Below, piece after piece: positions 31,231 to 39,462 of a DNA stretch of 64,000 nucleotides. Numbering within the stretch: position 1 is the first letter of the stretch; the number at the start of each line of letters is the position of its first letter. Both the position numbers and the translations under genes were made by a program. The notes beneath the pieces are model-generated. The model was not told the origin of the DNA. It saw nothing but the letters and a program-made list of their open reading frames with translations, and ran no database searches. Source of the DNA: Candidatus Limnocylindria bacterium (GTDB lineage: Bacteria; Chloroflexota; Limnocylindria; QHBO01); contig JBBSCG010000003.1 in assembly GCA_038250515.1 (NCBI GenBank), positions 23,675-87,674 on the forward strand. Reading direction: 5' to 3'.

Positions 31231-31280
31231 CCGGCCTTCCAAGGTCGATGTCGCGGGTTCGAACCCCGTCTCCCGCTCCA
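31231..31280 (+). other. 3' remnant of a tRNA-Gly(TCC)-like gene (anticodon loop through CCA; no 5' half)
   Basis: CCTTCCAAG ... GTCGCGGGTTCGAACCCCGTCTCCCGCTCCA parallels positions 27956..27998 of the intact tRNA. No D-arm or acceptor 5' strand upstream. Confidence 0.6.
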
Positions 31281-31304
31281 AATTTCCCACCGCGCGACAA
31301 CGCG

Positions 31305-31475
31305 TCAGTCGGATCGAACGCTCCTCCGGGCCTCTTCGAGCATCGCGGTCAGCTCCTCATCACATTCCAGCTCGAACTTCACCGCGACGACATCGAGCAT
31401 CTCGAGAGCGCGCTTCTTGAGCCGTTCCCTGTCACCGTTGTGAGCATGGCTCAGCGCCGCGTGGTAGCTCACCAT
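31305..31475 (-). CDS. Small hypothetical protein
   Basis: 56 aa (MVSYHAALSHAHNGDRERLKKRALEMLDVVAVKFELECDEEL...). Weak. Confidence 0.25.
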   Translation of the reverse strand: MVSYHAALSHAHNGDRERLKKRALEMLDVVAVKFELECDEELTAMLEEARRSVRSD

Positions 31476-31716
31476 CACGGTCCTGACCGCTAATCCGATT
31501 CTGCTGTGACCGTCCACACGTCCCCCTGGGTACGTGCGACGCCTCTCAGCACACTCCGTGCCCACGGGTAGGCCGAGGAGCGCGCAGCCCGCACCGTGAA
31601 CAAGGAGCGCCGCGAAGCTGGCGAGACCAAGAGGAAGGCCTGAGCGCAGCTCGGCGGCGACAGGCTGAGCGGTTCGGTGCGAGACCGCCTGGCGCCGTGC
31701 AACCGCGTCGGCACCG

Positions 31717-32393
31717 GTGTTGCATGCTGCGTTGGGAATGATCAACCGCTCAACTGCACCGATCATCATCGGACCGTCCGTCGCGCGGGCCGCGGGAATC
31801 GGGCTCACCGCCTACGGCCTGATCGGAATCGTGCTCATCGCCGTGACGCTGCTGGTCGGCGGCGCTGCGCTCGGTCGCGTGGAACGTCTGACGGGTTCGC
31901 TGAACGGCACGCTGACCGCCGCCGCAACGACGGCGCGCAGCTCCGTCAAGGCCCTCGGTAACCTCCAGGAAGGCGTCGGCACCAGCAGTACGGCGGCCCA
32001 CGACGCGAGCGGGCTCGTCGACCAGGCCTCGACTACCAGCGCGCAGCTGGGCGCAGCCATGACCCTGTCCATCCTCGGCGCGCAGCCACTGCTGCCCATG
32101 GCGGCCAGCTTCAACGACCTGTCGACGCAGCTGCGCAGCCTGTCGGGCGATCTGCGCTCGATATCAGCGGCGGGGACCTCGACCGGCTGCAGCTCGACAT
32201 GCAGCGACTAACGACCCGCCTCGAGAGCCTCGACGCGAGCAGCGCGATCGTCACCGGCGGCAATCTGCGGCTCGCGCTCCTGGCGCTGCTCACCTGGCTC
32301 GCCTTTCTTGCACTTGGCTCGCTGCTGCTGGGGATCGCACTGCTCGCCTTCGTCCGCCGGCGCGTGCCTGTCGTTCCTGTCAGCGACGCTTGA
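31717..32393 (+). CDS. Membrane protein with coiled-coil middle, interrupted by a frameshift near 32165-32185 (possible pseudogene or sequencing error)
   Basis: ORF 31717..32211 (N-terminal TM) continues in another frame as ORF 32199..32393 (C-terminal TM). The alternate frame reads smoothly across the junction (…LDISGGDLDRLQLDMQRLTTRLESL). Confidence 0.5.
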
Positions 32394-32407
32394 CGCCTGG
32401 CTGAACC

Positions 32408-33223
32408 TTACTGAACCTGACCCCGCAGCCACGCAACAACGTCGGCAACCACTGCCCGTCCCTCGGGCTCGTTATGCAGCTCGTGGCGTAGCCCGGGATA
32501 CACCCGCCGGGTCACGCCCGGCACCCGCGCCAGCGGTTCGGAGGCTGACGGCGGCACGAGCCAATCCGCATCGCCATGCATTACCAGGGTTGGAACGTGG
32601 ATGCGTCCGATCCCCGCCCGCGTCCGTGCCTGCGCTGCGAACGCCTCCCGGCCGAAGCGGAAGGTCTGGCGGTTGACGACAAGCGGGTCGCTGCGGAACG
32701 CCTCCGCGACCGCCGGATCACGTGACAGCACCGAGAAGTCGTCGTCGCCCGACACGCTGACCCACGGCAGGACGCGTCCGAGCACGGCCGCCGCCCAGCG
32801 CAACCACTTCGGATGCCCCGAATCCAGCCCCGGCGCCGACAGCACCATGAGATCCGGCTGCGGCCTCGCACTTTCCGCGTACTCGACGCAGATCAGGCCG
32901 CCCATCGAGTGGCCGTACAGCACCAGCGGCAGCCCCGGCCGCCGCGCAGCCGCCATCCGGCCCTCGAGATCGTCGAGCAACGACCGCCAAACCCGCACAT
33001 CACCGCGACGCCCTCCCGACCCGCCAAAGCCCCGTTGGTCGTAGGCGCGCACCTCCAGACCCGCCTCGGAAAGCCACTCACCGACGTGCTCGTAGCGACC
33101 GCTGTGCTCCGATACGCCGTGAACGAGCAGTACAACGCCCCACGGCTCGCCGCGCGCGGCCCACGACCGCGCGAGCAGCGGCGTGCCGTCGGCGGCGGCG
33201 ACCGGATCGGTCTGTGAAGCCAT
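32408..33223 (-). CDS. Alpha/beta hydrolase (lysophospholipase / monoacylglycerol lipase-like)
   Basis: HGVSEHSGRY and GHSMGG motifs, 271 aa. Confidence 0.8.
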   Translation of the reverse strand: MASQTDPVAAADGTPLLARSWAARGEPWGVVLLVHGVSEHSGRYEHVGEWLSEAGLEVRAYDQRGFGGSGGRRGDVRVWRSLLDDLEGRMAAARRPGLPLVLYGHSMGGLICVEYAESARPQPDLMVLSAPGLDSGHPKWLRWAAAVLGRVLPWVSVSGDDDFSVLSRDPAVAEAFRSDPLVVNRQTFRFGREAFAAQARTRAGIGRIHVPTLVMHGDADWLVPPSASEPLARVPGVTRRVYPGLRHELHNEPEGRAVVADVVAWLRGQVQ

Positions 33224-33240
33224 AAGCCCGATAATGACCC

Positions 33241-33861
33241 ATGGCCGACCTGTTGATCGAGGACCTCCTGCGCGACGAGGGCTTCCACAAGACCGATGCG
33301 CGCGCCGCCGCGCGCGAGGTGCTGGAGGCGAACGGCCTCACCCGGCCGGGCAAGGCGCGCATGGCACCGGACAAGCTCGACCGCGTACGTGCCGCACTCG
33401 ACCGTGCCATCGTGCGCCACTGCTCGGATCCGGCGTGCATCGCCGCGGTCGCGGCCGACCCGCGTCGCCACCTCGAGGTCAATCGACCGCGCTGCTCCAT
33501 CTGCTCCGGTTCGAACAACCGCCGCGCACTGCGTGCCATGGCGGAGGCCTGTCTTGCGGCCGGCGTGCGGCGCGTGCTGATCGTCGGTGGGCGCTCGCCT
33601 GCGTACGTCGAGCTGGAGCGCACGCTGACCGAGCTCGAGCTGCGCTTTGTGGACGGCACCTCCAACCTGCCCAACGGGACCGATGCGCTGCGCGACTGCG
33701 CCTGGGCCGACCTGCTCATCGTTTGGGCGCCGACGCCGTTGCCGCACAAGGTCAGCACGTTGTATCGGTCCGAGGTATGCGACGTCGCGCACCGCGTGAT
33801 GGTCCATCGACGCGGGCTCGAGGCGCTGGCCCATGAGGTGGTGACGCACCTGTCGCGCTGA
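33241..33861 (+). CDS. Hypothetical protein with CxxC Zn-ribbon-like motifs
   Basis: HCSDPAC and RCSICSG motifs followed by a Rossmann-like segment (RVLIVGG). No family recognised. Confidence 0.5.
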   Translation: MADLLIEDLLRDEGFHKTDARAAAREVLEANGLTRPGKARMAPDKLDRVRAALDRAIVRHCSDPACIAAVAADPRRHLEVNRPRCSICSGSNNRRALRAMAEACLAAGVRRVLIVGGRSPAYVELERTLTELELRFVDGTSNLPNGTDALRDCAWADLLIVWAPTPLPHKVSTLYRSEVCDVAHRVMVHRRGLEALAHEVVTHLSR

Positions 33862-33894
33862 GGCTTGGCCCTGCACTTGCCAGAGGAGGCCCTC

Positions 33895-34566
33895 ATGCGC
33901 AAGTTCTTTCGCGACAATGGCCTCGCCATCTCGATGTTCGGGTTCTTCTTCCTCTTTGTCATCGGTCTGTCGATCACCGGCTGGATGGAGGAGAACAGCA
34001 CTTTGGTGGAGCATGGACAGCCGGAGACCGGCTTCCTCGCCTACCTGTTCAGCGGTGCGTTCGGTGAGGCAATCTTCGAGAACTGGGAGAGCGAGTTCCT
34101 CCAGATGGCCGCCTACGTGGGGCTCACCGCGGTCCTGGTGCAGCGCGGATCCGCCGAGTCCAAGCCCGATGCTGGCCGCAGCCCGGTCGACGCCGATCCC
34201 GCCAAAAAGCCCGGTCGGAAGCGGGACGACGCTCCCTGGCCGGTCCGCGCCGGCGGCGGGTGGCTGAAGCTGTACCAGCACTCGCTGACCATCGCACTGG
34301 CGCTCATCTTCCTGTTCTCCTTCGCTATGCACGCCGTGACCGGCGCCGCCGATTACTCAGAGGAGCTCATGGCGCACGGCGAGCCAGGGATCTCGGTTCT
34401 GGGCTACGTCACCGGCTCGCGCTTCTGGTTCGAGTCGTTCCAGAATTGGCAGAGCGAGTTCCTGGCGGTCGGGATGCTGATCGTGCTGTCGATCTTTCTG
34501 CGCCAGCGCGGATCCCCCGAGTCGAAGCCGGTCGACGAGTCCAATGCCAAGACGGGCTCAGACTGA
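33895..34566 (+). CDS. Membrane protein built from two internally duplicated halves
   Basis: Halves end ...FENWESEFLQMAAYVGLTAVLVQRGSAESKP and ...FQNWQSEFLAVGMLIVLSIFLRQRGSPESKP. Start is either GTG 33865 or ATG 33895. Confidence 0.6.
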   Translation: MRKFFRDNGLAISMFGFFFLFVIGLSITGWMEENSTLVEHGQPETGFLAYLFSGAFGEAIFENWESEFLQMAAYVGLTAVLVQRGSAESKPDAGRSPVDADPAKKPGRKRDDAPWPVRAGGGWLKLYQHSLTIALALIFLFSFAMHAVTGAADYSEELMAHGEPGISVLGYVTGSRFWFESFQNWQSEFLAVGMLIVLSIFLRQRGSPESKPVDESNAKTGSD

Positions 34567-34648
34567 CCGTTCCGTCCCACGGCATCCGACGTTGCAAGCC
34601 CCCGACCGCCCCATGCCGCGACCGAGCAGGCTGGACGCCAAGTACGCC

Positions 34649-34750
34649 TAATGGGCCGATGCGGAACCGGTATCTCAGCGCACCGCCGCCAAAGCGGCGT
34701 AATGGGCCGATGCGGAACCGGTATTTCAGCGCACCGCCGCGAGGCCGCCC
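34649..34750. repeat. Tandem direct repeat, 2 copies of about 51 bp
   Basis: TAATGGGCCGATGCGGAACCGGTAT(C/T)TCAGCGCACCGCCGC repeated at 34649 and 34700 with one mismatch. Intergenic. Confidence 0.8.
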
Positions 34751-34872
34751 CGACGGAGCGGTATCGGCTCTCACGGGAGCCGTTACAGCGACATTCGAAC
34801 CCGACCCAACTGTGGACCGGATATAGCGCATCTCAGCAGGCCCGATAGCTCACTTGCCTCAGCGGGCCCCGT

Positions 34873-35112
34873 TCAGTCATCCGCGCCGGATCCGAACACC
34901 AGCCGCCGGCCGCGACCCAACAGCCGCGGCAGATACGGGACCAGCATGGCGCTGACCGCCAACAGCAGAATGACCAGCGAGATCGGCCGGGTGATGAACA
35001 CCGTGGGGTCTCCCTGGCTGATCTGGAGGGCGCGACGGAACTTCTGCTCCATGAGCGGCCCCAAGATCACGCCCAGGATCATCGGCGCCACCGGAAAGTC
35101 GTATCGCCGCAT
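34873..35112 (-). pseudogene. C-terminal remnant of a TctA-family tripartite tricarboxylate transporter permease
   Basis: Only the last about 80 aa ([50 protein letters not shown]) are present. There is no upstream TctA body. Confidence 0.5.
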
Positions 35113-35468
35113 GAGGAAGCCCACGACAACGTGTACACCCGGCGAAATATCCGGAAGGTCCGGTCGGGTCTGACCTCGATGTTTCCGTCGCGAGAGGAGC
35201 CGCCCGACGCGGAGGCGTAATGCGTCTGACCGGTCCCGATGCGGAGCGCAGCGTTCATCTGACGAAGGACACCGCTCTGCTTCGCCCACTCGCTCGCTGA
35301 GCGTTCCAACCGCAAAGCACGAAACGCGCCGCTACCGCTCCTCGACGGACACGACCCCGATGCCGTGTCGGTACGACATCTCTCCACCCAACCAGCCGGT
35401 GACCATGCGCAGGACCGATGCGATGCCGCCGGCGTGCCTCGCGTCCATATATCGGACAATTGATCAGA

Positions 35469-36014
35469 ATGACGAGCATGCGACAGACGCGGTACGTGGC
35501 GCTGCTGCGCGGCGTCAACGTCGGCGGTAACGCCAGGGTCTCGATGGAGGCGCTGCGCGAAACCTGCCCGTCCATCGGCTGCAAGGACGTCGCGACCTAT
35601 ATCCAGAGCGGCAACGTCGTGCTCAGCAGCTCACTCACGGCCGATGGGCTTCGCGACCGCCTGGCATCCGCCATCGCCGAGCAGCTCAGCGTGCCGGCGG
35701 CGGTCATGATTCGGACCCACACGCAAATGGCGAAGGTCATCGAGGCCAATCCGTTTACCGACGCGGACGCCGGCCACTTGCACGTCGCCTTCCTCAGTGA
35801 TGAGCTGGACGACCGGGCGAAAGGCGCTGCCAACGAGATCTCGATGCCGCCCGAGGAGTTCGCCATCCGCGGTCCGGAAATCTACCTGCACCTGCCGAAC
35901 GGGATGGGCCAATCGAAGCTGCCGGCGGCATTGCTCAATCCGCGGCGGCTCGGCGTTGCCGCCACGGTGCGCAACTGGCGAACGGTCACGAAGCTTGTCG
36001 AGATGTCGGCGTAG
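35469..36014 (+). CDS. DUF1697-family protein
   Basis: YVALLRGVNVGGN ... typical DUF1697 N-terminus. Start refined to the ATG for MTSMRQTRY. Confidence 0.75.
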   Translation: MTSMRQTRYVALLRGVNVGGNARVSMEALRETCPSIGCKDVATYIQSGNVVLSSSLTADGLRDRLASAIAEQLSVPAAVMIRTHTQMAKVIEANPFTDADAGHLHVAFLSDELDDRAKGAANEISMPPEEFAIRGPEIYLHLPNGMGQSKLPAALLNPRRLGVAATVRNWRTVTKLVEMSA

Positions 36015-36022
36015 GCGAAGGG

Positions 36023-37093
36023 TCAGCCGTCGTAGCGCCACGCGCTCCGCGAGCGGCCGATGCAGGCGTAGCATGTTCCGCCGTCCCACGGCTGGGCGAG
36101 GTGTCCGCAGCCACGCACGGTCTGGACCGATGACGCCGGCGCCGCAGTCGCGGTGGCCGATTGCGTCCGTCGTGATTTCGACCAGAAACCGCGATCCTCG
36201 TCCGGAGCGGCGCGCTCGGACTTGGCGCACGACACCACCAGGTAACGCAGCGTGCCCTGGTGCAGGTATCGCGCGAAGCGTTCCCAGATCCACGACCGCC
36301 CGGACGCCTGCATCTCGGCCGCCCACTCCCGAAAGGCCGGCGATGCATCAGCGCGGTTCATGACCTGGATCAGTGGCTTCTCTCCGTCCTCCAGCAGCCG
36401 CACGATGTCGTGCCACAAGTCCAGCCGCGACGGCTCGACCATGGTGCGATGTCGAATCCGCAGCGCCACGCCAAGCTCGTCGCACAGTCCGGACACCACG
36501 TCGATCAACTGCCGGTCATCGATCTCCACCGGATCGACCCAGACCGCCACGACGTGGCGCAGATCGAGCATGCCGGAGCGACGCGGCGAGAGCAGCACCT
36601 CAACCGCACTCGCATCCCGCGAGCCGAACGCCTCGCGCAGGTGATCATCGAAGCGGATCCAGGTGCTGCGCGGGAATCCCGCATCGGCCTCGTACCAGAA
36701 GAGCTCGTCAAGCAGGTCGACATCGGACAGCGAGTCGCGCGCCACGTCGAAGCCGGGTGCGGCGGCGGAGCGCAGGCAGAAGCCGGCATCGGTCACTTCG
36801 GTCAGGACGGACGGCGCAAGCTGGAGCGCGATCGGGCCGGAGACGTTGGGCGTCATCGCCCAGCCGGCCGCAAATCCATGACCGATGTCGTCGAGGCTGC
36901 AGAAGACGCGGTCGATCGCATCGGTCTGCATGGAAGTGAAGGGCAGGCCGGTCCGCTCCAGGGCAGCTCGTGAACCGATGCCGCCCATGCGCAGGTACGC
37001 CGCAAGATCGATCAGTTGGCAGGCATGCCACAGCGACGCCTCGCGTCGCTCAAGGACGCGAATGACGTCGGGCATCTGCGATTCGTCGAACAC
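36023..37093 (-). CDS. Hypothetical protein, 356 aa, C-terminal Cys cluster (CGH ... CYAC)
   Basis: Long ORF with good protein-like composition and no recognisable motifs. Lies between mazEF and the DUF1697 gene. Confidence 0.55.
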   Translation of the reverse strand: MFDESQMPDVIRVLERREASLWHACQLIDLAAYLRMGGIGSRAALERTGLPFTSMQTDAIDRVFCSLDDIGHGFAAGWAMTPNVSGPIALQLAPSVLTEVTDAGFCLRSAAAPGFDVARDSLSDVDLLDELFWYEADAGFPRSTWIRFDDHLREAFGSRDASAVEVLLSPRRSGMLDLRHVVAVWVDPVEIDDRQLIDVVSGLCDELGVALRIRHRTMVEPSRLDLWHDIVRLLEDGEKPLIQVMNRADASPAFREWAAEMQASGRSWIWERFARYLHQGTLRYLVVSCAKSERAAPDEDRGFWSKSRRTQSATATAAPASSVQTVRGCGHLAQPWDGGTCYACIGRSRSAWRYDG

Positions 37094-37195
37094 CCAAGCC
37101 CCTCAAGCAAGAACGTGAGCATCGTCGCGCACCCGAGCCAAAACGACCATGGGAGATGAGTCCCATGCTGCGTTGCCCCGGACCGATGGCGCCTG

Positions 37196-37585
37196 TCAGG
37201 CGGCTCCATCTGCAACCCCGGGAATATCCAGCCCCAGGTGATGCGCGAGAGCCACACGCACAGCGCGTCGCAATCGCGAGTCGCCGAGGTAACCGACAGG
37301 GGCGCCTGTAACACGACTCACCGACACAGTTCGCAGCTGACTGACAACGATCACGCCCGATTTGGTCTGTCCAACCTGCCCCACAGGATTTGGGATGTCG
37401 CCCGGGTAGCGAGCCTCCGAGCGTGCGGCGGTGATCGGGCAGACCGTCATCAGTCCTGAGCGATGAAACGGCTCGTAAGAGACAACCAAAGCACGGCGCC
37501 TTCCGGCCTGCTCATGACCTTCGACGGGATCGAGATCAACCATTACGACGGCCCAGCGCAGCGGCGCACCGGTCAGGCTGGCCAT
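37196..37585 (-). CDS. mazF: MazF/PemK-family endoribonuclease toxin
   Basis: VDLDPVEGHEQAGRRRALVVS and PITAARSEARYPG motifs of PemK/MazF. Confidence 0.8.
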   Translation of the reverse strand: MASLTGAPLRWAVVMVDLDPVEGHEQAGRRRALVVSYEPFHRSGLMTVCPITAARSEARYPGDIPNPVGQVGQTKSGVIVVSQLRTVSVSRVTGAPVGYLGDSRLRRAVRVALAHHLGLDIPGVADGAA

Positions 37586-37869
37586 GTCTCGCGATCGGCG
37601 GAATGGTAGGCGGTCTCGATATCCGCGACCTCATCGCGGAACGTCGGATCCTTGGCCGCGGCCTCCCATGCATCGGCCTCGCGGGCTTCACGGAGGTGTC
37701 GTTCGAGCTCATCGATGGCAAGCTCGACGACGGCGTCCTGCGACGGTCCGACGTTGTATCGCTCCGCCAGCTCGCGGACGCGCTTCACGGTATTCGACGA
37801 CAGGTTGTACGTGCGCTTGATGCGGGTCGACACGTTCGGAAGCGTAGTACGTCCGGTTCGACGTGTCAA
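37573..37869 (-). CDS. Antitoxin partner of MazF (RHH/MazE-like)
   Basis: 98 aa ORF overlapping the mazF start. TA operon arrangement. Confidence 0.6.
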   Translation of the reverse strand: MTRRTGRTTLPNVSTRIKRTYNLSSNTVKRVRELAERYNVGPSQDAVVELAIDELERHLREAREADAWEAAAKDPTFRDEVADIETAYHSADRETWPA

Positions 37870-37881
37870 TCTACGTGTATG

Positions 37882-38754
37882 TTAGTGGAGCCGGCCTCCG
37901 CCGCCGCCCCCCGGCTCGCCGTTGCCGCCGCGGTCACGCAGGAATCGCTCGATATCCGCGATGAGCTCGTCGCCCTCCGGCAGCCGCGACTGGTCGGCCA
38001 GCAGCTCCAGCCGCGCCACGTGCGCCTTGGTGTCACTGTCCGATGCGGCCGCCGCATCCAACTGGGTGCGCCGCTCCAGCGCACGGGTCGCCAGGGAACC
38101 CATCGGCACATCCACGCCGAGGTACTTCGCCAACATGTCCAGCAGCGCGATCGACGCCGCGGGATACGACGCGTTGACGTAATGCGGCACCTGGGCGAAG
38201 AAGCCGACCGCCGGGATCCCCGCCGCCGCAACCTCCACCTCCAGGACCGATAGCGCCGCCGCCGGCACCCGCAGCAGCCCGTCCGGACCCTGCTTGGTTC
38301 CCTCCGGCAGCAGACCATCGGCCGATGCGGTGGCCAGCACCGGCACCTGCCGCGTGTGCGGCACCGCCGCCGGGATGGCGCCCAGGCTGGCCCAACCGAC
38401 CACGCCGAAGCGCCGCGCCAGGTCGACAACGTCCGAGGCGAGCTGGTGCCAGCGGTAATCGGGCTCGGCGCCGAGCAGGACAAGCAGGTCGCGCTCGCCG
38501 ACGCGTGTGTGGGTGAGCGTGAGCGCCGACCATTCGAGGCGCATCGGTCGACCGTCGACGATATCCAGGGTCGGACGGCGTACGCGGTAGTCGAAGATCG
38601 CATCCTGGTCGAAGGCCGCGATGACGTCGCCATCCTCGGCCAGCTGCGCCGCCGCGCTCGTCCCGGCGCCACCGGCATCCACCCAGCCCTCCAGCGCCGC
38701 CACGATGACCGGCGCGGTCAGCTGGGGTTCATCGTGGATCTCGTAGAGCGGCAT
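37882..38754 (-). CDS. PAC2-family protein
   Basis: 290 aa. PVIVAALEGWVDAGGAG N-terminus characteristic of actinobacterial PAC2-family proteins. Confidence 0.75.
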   Translation of the reverse strand: MPLYEIHDEPQLTAPVIVAALEGWVDAGGAGTSAAAQLAEDGDVIAAFDQDAIFDYRVRRPTLDIVDGRPMRLEWSALTLTHTRVGERDLLVLLGAEPDYRWHQLASDVVDLARRFGVVGWASLGAIPAAVPHTRQVPVLATASADGLLPEGTKQGPDGLLRVPAAALSVLEVEVAAAGIPAVGFFAQVPHYVNASYPAASIALLDMLAKYLGVDVPMGSLATRALERRTQLDAAAASDSDTKAHVARLELLADQSRLPEGDELIADIERFLRDRGGNGEPGGGGGGRLH

Positions 38755-39246
38755 GCGGTGAAGTCTACGGCGGGGTGCATAGCGTGGCGTTCAGCGAGCT
38801 TTGGCCATCGCCTGCATCCAGGCCTCGGTATCGATCTCGAGCCACCGGTCATCACAAATGCCGGTTTCGATCGGCGCGCGTTCGACATGATCATCCGCTT
38901 CAGTGCCGTGCGCGCGGGGGTTGAGGGTTACACGCGATTTCGAGACTGCCAGGCACAGTTGCGCTCATGCTTCCTGAAGCAGCGCGATGCCGGCGTCGAA
39001 CGCCTGTTCATCGTGGTAAAGGGAACGCGCCACAATCGCCTCGCTGTCGCGGCCGTTGGTGACCTCATCTTGGCTGCTCTCCCGCTCGGCACGCGCCAGG
39101 TGCTTACGGCACTGGCCGCCGGCCGCGATCCAGGTGCCAACGGGCTGGTTTTTCTGTAGTCGCTCGTCGCCACCGCTGGCGCCACGATCGCCTTTGTCAC
39201 CCGCTGGAGGTACCAACCAAGAAAAGGCGGTTATCGGGGCTGCCGG

Positions 39247-39348
39247 CCTGCAAATCGGCCGCACGCTGACCGAAACCGCCAACCTGAGACCGGTTTTGGC
39301 GGCTACTTGTTCGTTAGCTCCGGAGAACACCTCCACCCGGTGGCAAAT
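39247..39348. repeat. About 100-nt intergenic repeat element (family B) ending in CTCCACCCGGTGGCAAAT
   Basis: See 46977..47050. Upstream of the MFS gene at 39463. Confidence 0.75.
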
Positions 39349-39462
39349 TGACCGCTCATCCCTTCAGTCCCCGATCCACCCGGCGGAACGACATCGAACG
39401 AAGACTGACCGATGCCGCCGTCTCGCCTGCAGCCGGGCCGCCCCATCGCGTAACGTGCGGCC

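Noticed and set aside
31201-31280. A second complete tRNA-Gly gene
   Set aside because: Only the anticodon loop, T-arm and acceptor 3' strand are present. No D-arm or 5' acceptor strand can be built, so it is called a remnant.
27923-31280. Active integrative island at tRNA-Gly
   Set aside because: No integrase, excisionase or other mobility gene is present between the tRNA and its 3' remnant. It is interpreted as a relic or duplication scar.
34649-34750. CRISPR array
   Set aside because: Only two repeat units are directly abutted, with no unique spacers and no cas genes. It is a simple tandem duplication.
38356-39159. 267-aa + strand ORF across the PAC2 / small-ORF region
   Set aside because: It overlaps the well-supported PAC2-family gene on the other strand and has low-complexity composition.
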